From Acidimicrobiales bacterium (GTDB lineage Bacteria; Actinomycetota; Acidimicrobiia; Acidimicrobiales; JBBRKR01): DNA of 64,000 nt. Under the pieces are notes generated by a model. The model did not search any database and had not been told where the DNA came from. It saw nothing but the letters and a program-made list of their open reading frames with translations. Shown piece by piece: positions 30,829 to 40,772 of this stretch. Each line of letters starts with the position of its first letter. Positions within the stretch are counted from its first letter, which is position 1. Both the position numbers and the translations under genes were made by a program. The stretch covers positions 20,164 to 84,163 of the forward strand of contig JBBRKR010000013.1 of the NCBI GenBank assembly GCA_038231795.1. Reading direction: 5' to 3'.

Positions 30829-31545
30829 GTGACTTCAGCGCCCAACAACCTTCCTCCTGAACTCCCCACCGGCCAGGCCAAGGTGACCGCGGTGAGGTCG
30901 ATGTTTGACGCCATTGCGCCCCGCTACGACATGGTCAATCGCATCATGACATTCGGGCTCGACATCAGGTGGCGTCGTAAATCCGTCAAGCGACTGGCGC
31001 TGCCCACTGGTTCGAGCGTGATCGATTTGGCGTCGGGCACGGGTGACTTTTGCAAGGAACTCACCCGCCAAGGACACCGGCCACTCAGCTTCGATTTGAG
31101 CTATGGCATGTTGGCCGCCGACCATTCCGGTTCACCGCGGGCCCAAGCCGACATTCTTCGCCTCCCCCTTCCCGATGCCAGTTGCGATGGGGCAACGTGC
31201 GGATTCGCGCTACGAAATTTGGAATCGCTTCCACCTTTTTTCGCCGAACTGCACAGAGTAGTGCGGCCTGGTGGGCGCATTGCCCTCCTCGATGTCGGGC
31301 AACCGTCGAACCCAATTTTGAAGTGGGGCCATGGCATATATTTCGGTAAGATCGTGCCGAAAATCGGTGGGTGGCTGAGCGATCCAGCCGCTTACAAATA
31401 CCTCCCCAAATCGGTGGCCTACCTACCGGCACCTGAGGTGTTGGTGCAACAAATAACCGATGCCGGTTTTACGAATGTCGAGCGTCTGCTCCTGCCGCTG
31501 GGCGCCGCTCAGCTGATCACCGCCAGCCGTTCTACTGGCACGTGA
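30829..31545 (+). CDS. menG: Demethylmenaquinone methyltransferase (UbiE/MenG)
   Basis: MFDAIAPRYD, DLASGTGD, FALRN and AYKYLPKSV. Lies within the men cluster. Confidence 0.88.
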   Translation: MTSAPNNLPPELPTGQAKVTAVRSMFDAIAPRYDMVNRIMTFGLDIRWRRKSVKRLALPTGSSVIDLASGTGDFCKELTRQGHRPLSFDLSYGMLAADHSGSPRAQADILRLPLPDASCDGATCGFALRNLESLPPFFAELHRVVRPGGRIALLDVGQPSNPILKWGHGIYFGKIVPKIGGWLSDPAAYKYLPKSVAYLPAPEVLVQQITDAGFTNVERLLLPLGAAQLITASRSTGT

Positions 31546-32714
31546 AAGCCGTTACCCGGGCCGCTGATGCGGCCGTTGACTTGAACGATGTGGCCCGTGG
31601 CGATGGGTATCTCTTTGTGCGCAGCGGGATAGGGCTTGCCGGCCGTGGCGTGGCCATGCGCTGCACTCGAGCCGAGGTGGAAACCGTGTTGGCTACCATC
31701 GACGTGGACGACGAAATTTGTGAGCCAGGCAGCGGCCCTGTGGCCTTCGCCGCTTTGCCATTCACGCCAGGAGGCGGCGACTTCGTTATACCGGCCGTAG
31801 TGGTGGGCAAGGCCGCCAACGGGCGTCAGTGGATCACCACCATCGACGATGCCGACACCGGCTCGCTCGATGCCTTCGCTCCCACCCACCAAGGCGGCAC
31901 ATACACCATCACACCGGGCTTCTCCCCCGCCGACTTTTGTGCCGCCGTCGCCTCCGGGCGCGACGCCGTGCGAGCCGGCAAACTCGACAAGGTCGTCTTG
32001 GCTAGAGATCTTTTGGTGACGTGCGACCACCCGCACGACGTGCATGCCATCCTCATCCGACTGCGGGCGTCGTTCGCCACCAGTTATCGGTACTCGGTCG
32101 ACGGGTTCGTCGGCGCATCGCCAGAACTCCTCGTGGAACGGCTAGGCGACGATGTACGCAGCCACCCCTTGGCCGGGACCACAGCTCGCACCGGCGACCC
32201 CGACACCGATGCTCGTCTGGCCGCCGAGCTCATTGCGTCGACCAAAAATCAAATCGAACATCGAGTCGTGATCGACGTGGTCAACGACGCTCTTTTGCCA
32301 TTTTGCAGCTACCTCGATTGGGAGTTCGATCCATCGATTGTGACGGTCGCCAACGTGCAACATTTGGGTACCGCAGTGGCTGGGCGGCTCTCACATCCGG
32401 CGCCCTGTGTTCTCACACTGGTTGACGCACTCAAGCCCACTCCGGCGCTCGGCGGCCATCCCCGTGCTGACGCGTTGCAGCTCATCAGCGAGCTCGAGCC
32501 GTTCGATCGGGGACGATACGGCGGCGCAGTCGGTTGGGTCGATGCACGCGGCAACGGCACATGGGCTGTGAGTATTCGATGCGCCGAAATATCGGGCACA
32601 ACGGCTCGGTTATTTGCCGGCGTTGGCGTGGTGGCGGAGTCGGATCCTGATGCCGAACTGGCCGAAACACAGGCCAAATTTCAGGCCATGTTGAGCGCTA
32701 TCGTACGCCCATAA
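31542..32714 (+). CDS. menF: Isochorismate synthase
   Basis: KVVLAR, GASPELL, PLAGT, EHRVV, PTPALGG and FAGVGVV...E..ET..K. Confidence 0.9.
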   Translation: MKAVTRAADAAVDLNDVARGDGYLFVRSGIGLAGRGVAMRCTRAEVETVLATIDVDDEICEPGSGPVAFAALPFTPGGGDFVIPAVVVGKAANGRQWITTIDDADTGSLDAFAPTHQGGTYTITPGFSPADFCAAVASGRDAVRAGKLDKVVLARDLLVTCDHPHDVHAILIRLRASFATSYRYSVDGFVGASPELLVERLGDDVRSHPLAGTTARTGDPDTDARLAAELIASTKNQIEHRVVIDVVNDALLPFCSYLDWEFDPSIVTVANVQHLGTAVAGRLSHPAPCVLTLVDALKPTPALGGHPRADALQLISELEPFDRGRYGGAVGWVDARGNGTWAVSIRCAEISGTTARLFAGVGVVAESDPDAELAETQAKFQAMLSAIVRP

Positions 32715-34398
32715 TCGCAGAGCTGACAGCGGCGCACATGGCCTCGTTGACCGAAGAATGTGCAGCCACGTTGGCCTGCCGATCAGTGCGCACGTGAATC
32801 AAGCGAGGACCACGTTTCTTAATCTGCGCGGCAAGCTGTGCCGGCGAATTTACCATCGCGTAAGGCAGGTGATGAGCCGCGGCAAGGGCAGCGAAATCGG
32901 TCCCGTGCGGCGTGCCAAACAGCTTCTCGAACCGGGCCGTGTTCATCACCGAAGCTTGAGGCAAGAACGAGAAAATTGCACCGCCATCGTTATCGCTGAC
33001 CACGATACGTAGGTCTATGCCCCGGGTCGATAGCGCTGTCAACGACGAGCTGTCGTGGAGGGTGGCAACATCGCCGATATACACCGCAGTGGGGCGTCGA
33101 GAAGCCAATGCCACGCCAGTTGCCGTGGCCAGAACGCCGTCGATGCCGTTGGCTCCCCTGTTGCTGAATGTGGTGACGTCATGTCGTGGCGCGGCGAACC
33201 ATTCCACGTCGCGGATGGGCATAGATGACGACACCACCAAATTGCCGTGCGATGGCATAGATGCCATGAGCCATCGCGCGGTGGCAATCTCGGTGAGGGG
33301 GCCTTTTGCAGTCGCATTGTGGATCGCCTGCGCGGCTGCCTCATCGGCAACCCGCCACAGTTTTGCCCACCCCTTCTGCGCCTTCTTCACACCTGTGTCA
33401 AGTTTGGGCAGATGGTCCAGAATTATGGCTGCCCGTCGATCGGGATCGGGCCAAGAATTTGTGGGGTCGATCACGATATGGGGCGCATCACAGGTCGCCA
33501 ACCATTGAGAAAGTACCTTCGAAGCAGGGCCTTGCCCCACCCGCACGATCACATCGGGTTTGGCCTTGGCCACAAAATCCGGAGAACGCAAAATGGCGTC
33601 GAATGCGCTAATCACCAACGGATGCGGGCGTCGGCAACCACTGCGGAGGTCGGCCACGATGGGCCAGCCGATTGCCTCGCCCAACGCAATGATGTCATCA
33701 GGAAGCACTTTGCCAGCGGTGTAGCCAGCCACGATGATTCCGCGACCACTCGGTAACGCCACAGTGGCTCTCGCAATGGTTGAACCGAATCGTTGATGCC
33801 ATGGAGCACCAGAATTACGACCAACTGGTAGCGGCCCGGCGACGCCCACCAGCGGCTCCCGAAACGGCAGATTGAGATGCACGGGCCCCGGTCGCTCGCC
33901 AGTTGCTTCCAATACGGAGCGCGCACCGATTGATCTCCATCCATCGCTAGTGGCGGAATCGGCCACGCCAGGGTTGAACGCCCAGCGAGTACAACGCAAA
34001 TACAAGCCGTCTTGTTCGATTGTTTGGGGAGCGCCTACATGATGCAGCTCGGGTGGCCGATCGGCGGTGAGCACGATCATGGGCACGCTCGACAAATCTG
34101 CTTCCACGACGGCTGCCAAAAAGTGGGCGGAGGCTGTACCGCTAGTGCATAACAAGATGGCGGGCATAGGAGTGGCCAAGCCCACGCCAAGCGCCGCAAA
34201 CGCCGCCGATCGTTCGTCGTGAAAAATATCGAGTTGCAATTCACGACGGTCGGCCAACGCAACCGCCATGGGCGTCGAGCGCGACCCGGGAGCCACAATG
34301 GCGTGGCGCACCCCAGCCCGTATCCATTCATCGACCAGAGTGGCGCACCAGGTGGCCTGCACATCTTGGGATTCCTGAGCACTTACAACGGGGTTCAC
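32698..34398 (-). CDS. menD: SEPHCHC synthase
   Basis: PGSRSTP, DERSAAF, CTSGTA, TADRPPEL, NRGANGIDG and NDGGAIF. The true start is about GTG 34398; the longer ORF-track start runs antisense through the next gene. Confidence 0.94.
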   Translation of the reverse strand: MNPVVSAQESQDVQATWCATLVDEWIRAGVRHAIVAPGSRSTPMAVALADRRELQLDIFHDERSAAFAALGVGLATPMPAILLCTSGTASAHFLAAVVEADLSSVPMIVLTADRPPELHHVGAPQTIEQDGLYLRCTRWAFNPGVADSATSDGWRSIGARSVLEATGERPGPVHLNLPFREPLVGVAGPLPVGRNSGAPWHQRFGSTIARATVALPSGRGIIVAGYTAGKVLPDDIIALGEAIGWPIVADLRSGCRRPHPLVISAFDAILRSPDFVAKAKPDVIVRVGQGPASKVLSQWLATCDAPHIVIDPTNSWPDPDRRAAIILDHLPKLDTGVKKAQKGWAKLWRVADEAAAQAIHNATAKGPLTEIATARWLMASMPSHGNLVVSSSMPIRDVEWFAAPRHDVTTFSNRGANGIDGVLATATGVALASRRPTAVYIGDVATLHDSSSLTALSTRGIDLRIVVSDNDGGAIFSFLPQASVMNTARFEKLFGTPHGTDFAALAAAHHLPYAMVNSPAQLAAQIKKRGPRLIHVRTDRQANVAAHSSVNEAMCAAVSSAIMGVR

Positions 34399-34416
34399 TG
34401 GCCTAGTTTGTCGGAT

Positions 34417-35100
34417 ATGAGCGAACAGAGCGCGGAGCCAACCGCCAAAGTCACATTGGAAATCTATTCCGACGTCGTATGCCCATGGTGCTACATCGGT
34501 AAACGGAGATTCGAGACGGCAATGGATCGCCTCACGAGCGACGAACGCGATCGCATGACCGTGATTTGGCGGCCCTTCCAGCTTGATCCCACCGCGCCAG
34601 TTGGGCCCGGTCGACCAGCCGTAGATGGCTATGCCAAGAAATTCGGCGGAGTAGAAAAAGCCACCGAAATTATCGACTCGATGACAAATACAGCGGCAGG
34701 TGTCGGCCTGAACATGCGATTCGACATAGCCAAGCGTGCCAACACATTTGAAGCACACCGACTGTTGTGGTGGGCCTATGAGACCGCCGGCGTAGCCGCG
34801 CAATGGGAACTTAAGGAACGACTGCTCGCCGCCTATTTCGTAGAGGGACGAGAGGTAGGCGTGATCGAAGAACTGGCAACCATCGCCGGAGAAGCGGGGC
34901 TTGACCACGACGCTGCGTTGGCATTTCTCCAATCGGCCGCCGGGGTCAGCGAGACCAAATTGGAACTCGAAGAAGGCCGTGAAATCGAAGTAACGGCGGT
35001 GCCCACATTTGTGGTCAATCACCAGTGGGGTGTGCCCGGTGCACAAGACCCCGACGAGTTGGAACGAATGTTGCGCCGCTTACTTGCGGAATCGGCATGA
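34417..35100 (+). CDS. DsbA-family (FrnE-like) oxidoreductase
   Basis: SDVVCPWCYIGKRR, PFQLDP, NTFEAHRL, VPTF and GAQ. Confidence 0.93.
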   Translation: MSEQSAEPTAKVTLEIYSDVVCPWCYIGKRRFETAMDRLTSDERDRMTVIWRPFQLDPTAPVGPGRPAVDGYAKKFGGVEKATEIIDSMTNTAAGVGLNMRFDIAKRANTFEAHRLLWWAYETAGVAAQWELKERLLAAYFVEGREVGVIEELATIAGEAGLDHDAALAFLQSAAGVSETKLELEEGREIEVTAVPTFVVNHQWGVPGAQDPDELERMLRRLLAESA

Positions 35101-36008
35101 CGGCGGCAATCGAGGCGATCGGCCTCGTGCAGTCATATGGGTCTTTCGAAGCGGTCCGCGGCATAGATCTAGCAGTAGAAAAAGGCGAGGTCTTCGCGTT
35201 TCTTGGGCCCAATGGAGCCGGAAAAACAACCACTGTCGAAGTGTTAGAAGGCTTCCGCTCCCCGACTCGTGGCAGCGTGCGCGTTCTTGGCCTCAATCCT
35301 GTCAGCGATGGAAAAGCACTGCGTCAACGTATCGGGATCGTGCTTCAAGAAGGTGGCTTGTTTCCGGAAATGACCGTACGTGAGACGGTGATCGCGTGGC
35401 GACGGTTCTATTTTCAACCGCTCGAAGTAGACGAAGCCTTGACTCGCGTCGATCTCCTGGCCCGAGCCGATGTTCGTGTCAAGGAACTCAGCGGCGGCGA
35501 AAAACGTCGGCTGGATCTGGCATTAGGCACGCTGAATCGTCCGCAAGTTCTCTTCCTCGATGAGCCAACAACAGGCTTTGATCCTGGCGCCCGGCGCCAC
35601 GCATGGGAGATGATCCGTTCGATGGCTGCTCAGGGAACCACCGTTTTTCTCACTACCCACTACCTGGAAGAAGCAGAGTATCTCGCTGATCGAGTGGCGG
35701 TAATTTCGCAGGGACGCATCATTGCCAGTGGTACTCCTGAGTCATTGAAAGCGTCCCAAGGCACGGGCATAGTGACGTTCCGTCTACCCGCTTCCACTGG
35801 CATCGAGGATCTCCCAGAGGCCGTCCACGCGCTGGTTGCGGTGAACGATGACATTGTCACAATTACCACACAGACGCTCACCGCTACCACCAACATGGTC
35901 ACTGGTTGGGCAGTCGCGCAGGGCATCGAACTCGAGGCGTTCAACGTTCACAGACCAAGTCTGGAAGACGTCTATTTGGACCTCATTGATGCCCGAGATC
36001 CGCAATGA
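35097..36008 (+). CDS. ABC exporter ATP-binding subunit
   Basis: GPNGAGKT, LSGGE, FLDEPT and TTHY. ATGA overlap at 35097. Confidence 0.95.
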   Translation: MTAAIEAIGLVQSYGSFEAVRGIDLAVEKGEVFAFLGPNGAGKTTTVEVLEGFRSPTRGSVRVLGLNPVSDGKALRQRIGIVLQEGGLFPEMTVRETVIAWRRFYFQPLEVDEALTRVDLLARADVRVKELSGGEKRRLDLALGTLNRPQVLFLDEPTTGFDPGARRHAWEMIRSMAAQGTTVFLTTHYLEEAEYLADRVAVISQGRIIASGTPESLKASQGTGIVTFRLPASTGIEDLPEAVHALVAVNDDIVTITTQTLTATTNMVTGWAVAQGIELEAFNVHRPSLEDVYLDLIDARDPQ

Positions 36009-36826
36009 TTTCAACCAAGGCACTATTCATTGGGTTGGTTCGGCTCGAACAACGCACGTTCTGGCGGAACAAGCAGGCCGCGATTTTCGCATTTGGCTTG
36101 CCGCTGATTTTCGTGGCCATTTTTCCCAGCCTTTTTAGCGATGGCTCCAACCCCAGTGCTCCATTCAAGGCGTACTTCGTGGCGGGCATGGTGGGCGTGG
36201 CAATCGTGTCGGCGACATACACAACGATGGCCATTTCGCTCACTTTTCAAAGAGACCTACTCAACCTCAAACGACTTCGAGCAACACCGCTCACGCCGGC
36301 GATAATTTTCGCCGCCAAGATAGCTAGCGCCGAAATTGTGGTGGTTGCTCAACTTGTCACCATGCTGAGCTTGGGACGCATTGCCTACGACATTCCGCTC
36401 CCTATCAATTGGCTCACATTCCTGGTGTTCGTCATCATTGGTTCAGCTTCCTTCGCAGCAATTGGCATTGGCCTGTCTGGACTGATCCCCAATAGCGATT
36501 CCGCTCCCGCCATCGTGCAGTTGCCGTACATCACGTTGCAGTTCATATCCGGCGTTTTCTTCCGCCTCAATTCAGGACCAAATTGGCTGCGATACATGGC
36601 CAGTGTGTTCCCGTTGCGCTGGCTGGTGGACGGTCTACGAGCTGGTTACTTGGGGCTCGACTTCGTGCACGGTGAACGGATCAGTGGCGAGTTTATTCCC
36701 AACCGTGTCGCTGGCCTGACGTCGTTGACATCGCAGTGGGCCGGGTTACTGGTCATAATCGCATGGACAATTCTCGGCGTACTCGTGGCACTTCGATGGT
36801 TCAAATGGGAGCGCCGAACCCGATGA
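36005..36826 (+). CDS. ABC-2 type permease
   Basis: About six TM segments, LKRLRATPL and terminal FKWE. Coupled to the ATPase gene. Confidence 0.92.
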   Translation: MISTKALFIGLVRLEQRTFWRNKQAAIFAFGLPLIFVAIFPSLFSDGSNPSAPFKAYFVAGMVGVAIVSATYTTMAISLTFQRDLLNLKRLRATPLTPAIIFAAKIASAEIVVVAQLVTMLSLGRIAYDIPLPINWLTFLVFVIIGSASFAAIGIGLSGLIPNSDSAPAIVQLPYITLQFISGVFFRLNSGPNWLRYMASVFPLRWLVDGLRAGYLGLDFVHGERISGEFIPNRVAGLTSLTSQWAGLLVIIAWTILGVLVALRWFKWERRTR

Positions 36827-37605
36827 ATCGCGCAACGTTGGTACATGGCTTCGCGCAAACGGGCATGTGTTGGGGCGGTGTGCCGGCCGTTCTCGAATCG
36901 TGTGGATTCGACGTGGCGTCGTTCGACGCTCCCGGGCACGGCGCCAACGCCTCGCTGTCGCTCGACCTCCTTCAGACCGGCGAATGGCTGGCCAATGAGG
37001 GCGGCCAGGGAACCTACATTGGCTATTCGATGGGCGCCAGAATGTGCTTGCACACTGCGTTGCTACGGCCAGATGTGGTGGATCGATTGATACTGATCTC
37101 AGGAACGGGCGGAATCGAGGATCCGGTCGAACGAGCCGCCCGCCAGGCATCTGATGACGCTCTCGCCCTGCGAATCGAATCAACGAGCATCGAATCATTT
37201 GTAGACGAGTGGCTCTCAGGGCCGTTGTTTGAACACCTGGCGCCCAATGCCCAAATGCGAACAGAGCGTTTGCGCAACACGCCGGCCGGATTGGCGCAAT
37301 CACTACGGAATGCAGGTACCGGCATGCAGGAACCCATGTGGTCGGCGTTGCGTCGCATGCAGATGCCGGTGTTGGTGTTAGCCGGTGAACTCGACCCAAA
37401 GTTTGCCGCTTTAGGAGAACGGCTCGCTACATGCATCGGTACCAATGCCACGCTGCACATCGTTGCCGGTGCCGGGCACACGGTGCATCTCGAAGCGCCG
37501 GATGCGATGGCTGCACTCCTGCGCGATTGGCTCAGCGCGGAGCCAAGGCGCAGTACACAAGTTGGCGGTGAACTAGCCGCCCAAATACAGGCCGACGGCG
37601 AGTAA
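36823..37605 (+). CDS. menH: Alpha/beta hydrolase, probable SHCHC synthase
   Basis: HGFAQT, GYSMGAR, R...DDALA, GELDPKF and GAGHTVH. Adjacent to menA and menB. Confidence 0.75.
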   Translation: MNRATLVHGFAQTGMCWGGVPAVLESCGFDVASFDAPGHGANASLSLDLLQTGEWLANEGGQGTYIGYSMGARMCLHTALLRPDVVDRLILISGTGGIEDPVERAARQASDDALALRIESTSIESFVDEWLSGPLFEHLAPNAQMRTERLRNTPAGLAQSLRNAGTGMQEPMWSALRRMQMPVLVLAGELDPKFAALGERLATCIGTNATLHIVAGAGHTVHLEAPDAMAALLRDWLSAEPRRSTQVGGELAAQIQADGE

Positions 37606-38439
37606 TACGCCGGCCGCCATTTGCACTTGCGCAGTGGCGCCGAGCACAGCAATCAGGTCGCGACCCTGCGCACCGCTCAACACTGTCACTACTGGTTTGC
37701 GTGCGAGCACCACTCCTACAAATGCCAGCGCCACCCATGGCCGAGAAGCCCCAATGAATGGCACACATACGAAGCTGCCGATTATCAACACGCAATACAG
37801 CGCCCGGGTTCGCTTGTCGCCCAAACGCACTGCCAACGTGTTTTTGTGGGCGTCTCGATCGGTGGGAATATCGCGCAGATTGTTGATCACGATCAATGCC
37901 GTAGCCCACAGGCCTACCGGCACCGCCGCCAACCACGCCAACCCTGTGATCCGGCCAAGCTGCACGTACGTGGAGCCAACCGTGGCCACCAAGCCAAAAA
38001 ACACAAACACGAACACTTCACCAAGCCCGTAATAGGCGTATGGCTTAGGGCCTGCCGTGTACGCCCATCCAGCCGCCATTGACACAGCACCGATGACGAC
38101 CACCGGCCACCCCACCGCAATGGCCAATGCGCCACCGGCTGTGGCCGCCACCACGAAAGCGCACAGCGCAGCAATCTTGACCTGCCGCACCGACGCCATG
38201 CCACTGGCCACCAAACGCACAGGTCCCACCCGAACTGCGTCTGTGCCTCGTTCGCCATCGGCGTAGTCGTTCACGTAGTTGGTGGCAATCTGTATGGCCA
38301 CCGCCACGATCAGTGCACACCCGAATCGCCACGCCGACAACGCTCCCACATGGTGAGCTACGGAGGTGCCAACGACAACTGGCACGACAGCTGCGGGCAA
38401 GGTGCGCGGCCGCGCCCCAACCACCCAACGATTCATCAC
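37573..38439 (-). CDS. menA: DHNA polyprenyltransferase
   Basis: RPRTLPA, NYVNDYADGERGTD, YTAGP, GLGE and NNLRDIPTD. Confidence 0.96.
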   Translation of the reverse strand: MMNRWVVGARPRTLPAAVVPVVVGTSVAHHVGALSAWRFGCALIVAVAIQIATNYVNDYADGERGTDAVRVGPVRLVASGMASVRQVKIAALCAFVVAATAGGALAIAVGWPVVVIGAVSMAAGWAYTAGPKPYAYYGLGEVFVFVFFGLVATVGSTYVQLGRITGLAWLAAVPVGLWATALIVINNLRDIPTDRDAHKNTLAVRLGDKRTRALYCVLIIGSFVCVPFIGASRPWVALAFVGVVLARKPVVTVLSGAQGRDLIAVLGATAQVQMAAGVLLAVGLYLGG

Positions 38440-38447
38440 GAGATCGG

Positions 38448-39314
38448 CTATGGCCGACGAGGAAATTGGGTGAAATCAGGAACGTCTTTTGCCACATACG
38501 AGTCGCGGGCATGTTGCGCTTCTTCGCTCATATAGAACAACAACGTGGCGTCACCGGCGAGTTGTTGAATCCCGGCCAAACCGTCATCGGCAGCATTGAG
38601 CGAGGCCTTCAACATCCGCAGTGACAGCGGCGAGTGATGCAACATTTTTCGACACCAGGCAACGGTCTCTGATTCCAGATCAGCCAAGGGGACCACCTTG
38701 TTCACGAGCCCCATGTCAAATGCTTCCTGCGCGCTGTAGAACTCGCAGAGGAACCAAATCTCGCGGGCCTTTTTCTGGCCCACAATTCGAGCAAGCAATC
38801 CCGATCCGTACCCGCCATCGAACGATCCGACCTTGGGGCCTGTCTGTCCGAATTGGGCATTGTCGGCGGCGATGGTGAGGTCGCACACCACATGCAAGAC
38901 ATGGCCGCCGCCTACTGCCCAACCAGCCACCATTGCTACGACGGGCTTTGGTGTGCGGCGAATCTGGATCTGCAGATCGAGCACGTTCAATCGCCCGATG
39001 CCCTTTTTGGCCACGACGTCGTCGCCGATGTAGCCGTCGTCGCCACGCACCCGCTGGTCGCCGCCTGCGCAAAAGGCTTCTGTGCCTTGGCCTGTGAAAA
39101 TGATCACGCCGACGCGGTCATTGTCGCGGGCCATATTAAAAGCCTCTTGCAATTCGAACAGCGTTTGGGGCCTGAACGAATTGCGTACTTCAGGACGACA
39201 GATCGTGATTTTGGCGATGCCCTCCGGGCTGGTTTCGTAGGAGATATCTCGCCATTCACCATCAGCTGTCCAGGTCACATCGGCGTAAAGGTCGCCGTAA
39301 AAGTCAGGCATCAT
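38448..39314 (-). CDS. menB: 1,4-dihydroxy-2-naphthoyl-CoA synthase
   Basis: [29 protein letters not shown] and [12 protein letters not shown]. Confidence 0.97.
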   Translation of the reverse strand: MMPDFYGDLYADVTWTADGEWRDISYETSPEGIAKITICRPEVRNSFRPQTLFELQEAFNMARDNDRVGVIIFTGQGTEAFCAGGDQRVRGDDGYIGDDVVAKKGIGRLNVLDLQIQIRRTPKPVVAMVAGWAVGGGHVLHVVCDLTIAADNAQFGQTGPKVGSFDGGYGSGLLARIVGQKKAREIWFLCEFYSAQEAFDMGLVNKVVPLADLESETVAWCRKMLHHSPLSLRMLKASLNAADDGLAGIQQLAGDATLLFYMSEEAQHARDSYVAKDVPDFTQFPRRP

Positions 39315-39363
39315 TGGACGCAGTTTGTCACAGGGCGACGGTCAAACATGCAAGAGTGGCGGC

Positions 39364-40770
39364 ATGCAACTTTGGGAACATTCAGCCACAGAACTCGCTA
39401 CTCAGATAAAGGCGAAACAGGTCTCCAGCCGTGAGGTTATCGACGCTCATTTGGCCCGCATTGAACAAGTAAATCCACACCTCAACGCGGTGGTCGTGGT
39501 GATGGCCGATGCCGCCAGGGCCGACGCCGATCGGGCCGATTCCGCCACTATGAGCGGCGCTGAATTGCCAGCGCTGCACGGTGTGCCATTCACGGTCAAG
39601 GAAAATCTGGATGTGGCCGGCATGGCCACCACATCCGGGCTCATCGCTCTCAAGGACGCGGTGGCGGCCATTGATTGCCCGATTGTGGAGCGCATGCGGG
39701 CAGCGGGAGCTATCCCGATTGGCCGCACAAACCTGCCCGACTTGGGATTGCGAATTCACACCGATTCTTCGTTGCACGGCCTCACCCGAAATCCGTGGCA
39801 CCCGAACCGCACAGCTGGCGGCTCATCGGGAGGCGAAGGCTCAGCCATTGCGTCTGGCATGAGCCCGCTTGGGCTCGGCAACGACATTGGTGGCAGCTTG
39901 CGCAACCCTGCCCACTGCTGCGGTATTGCGTCCCTCAAACCCACCACCAATCGACTCCCCATGGCCACGGTTATTCCACCCCAATACCCTGTCATGTCGT
40001 CGCAGGTGATGTTGGCCGACGGGCCCATGGCTCGTCGGGTGGCAGATCTAAGGTTGGCGCTTTCAATCATGGCCGGTCCCCATGCCCGTGACCCGTACGT
40101 AGTGCCGTCGCCGTTGTCGTATCCCGACACCCACTCACGGGTCAAGGTGGCCGTCATGGCCGAGCCAGCGGGAGGCACAACCAATGCCGGGATCGCCGGT
40201 GTGATCCGCAGTTCTGCCGCCGTATTGAGCGACGCTGGCTACGACGTGACCGAGATCGATCCGCCCATGTTCCTGGAATCACTGTTGGCGTGGGCCGGCA
40301 CATTAGGTGCCGATCTGGAGGCTCAACGACCGCTCCTGGAAATGGTCTTGGGCCCCGACGCCCTTACCTTTGTGAACAATGGCAACACCATCTTTGCCCC
40401 TCCCACAGTTGAATCGATTTCGGCGCTGCACAGCACGCGGCACGAAATAGCTCAAGCTTGGTCGGCGTTTATGGACATCTACCCAATTATCTTGGCGCCG
40501 GTGTGGACTGAGCCCGCCTTCGAGCACGGTTGGGATGTTGCATCAGTCGAAAACACCATCGCCACATTGCAACTTTTCCGCCCCATCCTGCCCGCCAATG
40601 TGTTGGGTCTACCGGCAGCAGTGGTGCCCGGCGGCTTGGCCAACGGCATGCCAGTGGGCGTGCAAATCATTGCTCGACGGTTCCGTGACGACCAAGCATT
40701 GGCTGCCGCGGAAGCAATCGAAAACAGCGTCGGAATTGTCACCCCAATTGACCCCCGCATGGAGGCGTAA
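39364..40770 (+). CDS. Amidase-signature family amidase
   Basis: HGVPFTVKEN, GGSSGGE and NDIGGSLRNPA (Lys/cisSer/Ser triad). Confidence 0.93.
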   Translation: MQLWEHSATELATQIKAKQVSSREVIDAHLARIEQVNPHLNAVVVVMADAARADADRADSATMSGAELPALHGVPFTVKENLDVAGMATTSGLIALKDAVAAIDCPIVERMRAAGAIPIGRTNLPDLGLRIHTDSSLHGLTRNPWHPNRTAGGSSGGEGSAIASGMSPLGLGNDIGGSLRNPAHCCGIASLKPTTNRLPMATVIPPQYPVMSSQVMLADGPMARRVADLRLALSIMAGPHARDPYVVPSPLSYPDTHSRVKVAVMAEPAGGTTNAGIAGVIRSSAAVLSDAGYDVTEIDPPMFLESLLAWAGTLGADLEAQRPLLEMVLGPDALTFVNNGNTIFAPPTVESISALHSTRHEIAQAWSAFMDIYPIILAPVWTEPAFEHGWDVASVENTIATLQLFRPILPANVLGLPAAVVPGGLANGMPVGVQIIARRFRDDQALAAAEAIENSVGIVTPIDPRMEA

Positions 40771-40772
40771 CC

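Noticed and set aside
34399..35046. 216-codon N-terminal extension of menD in the ORF track (782 aa)
   Set aside because: It is the antisense shadow of the DsbA-family gene. MenD similarity starts near GTG 34398.
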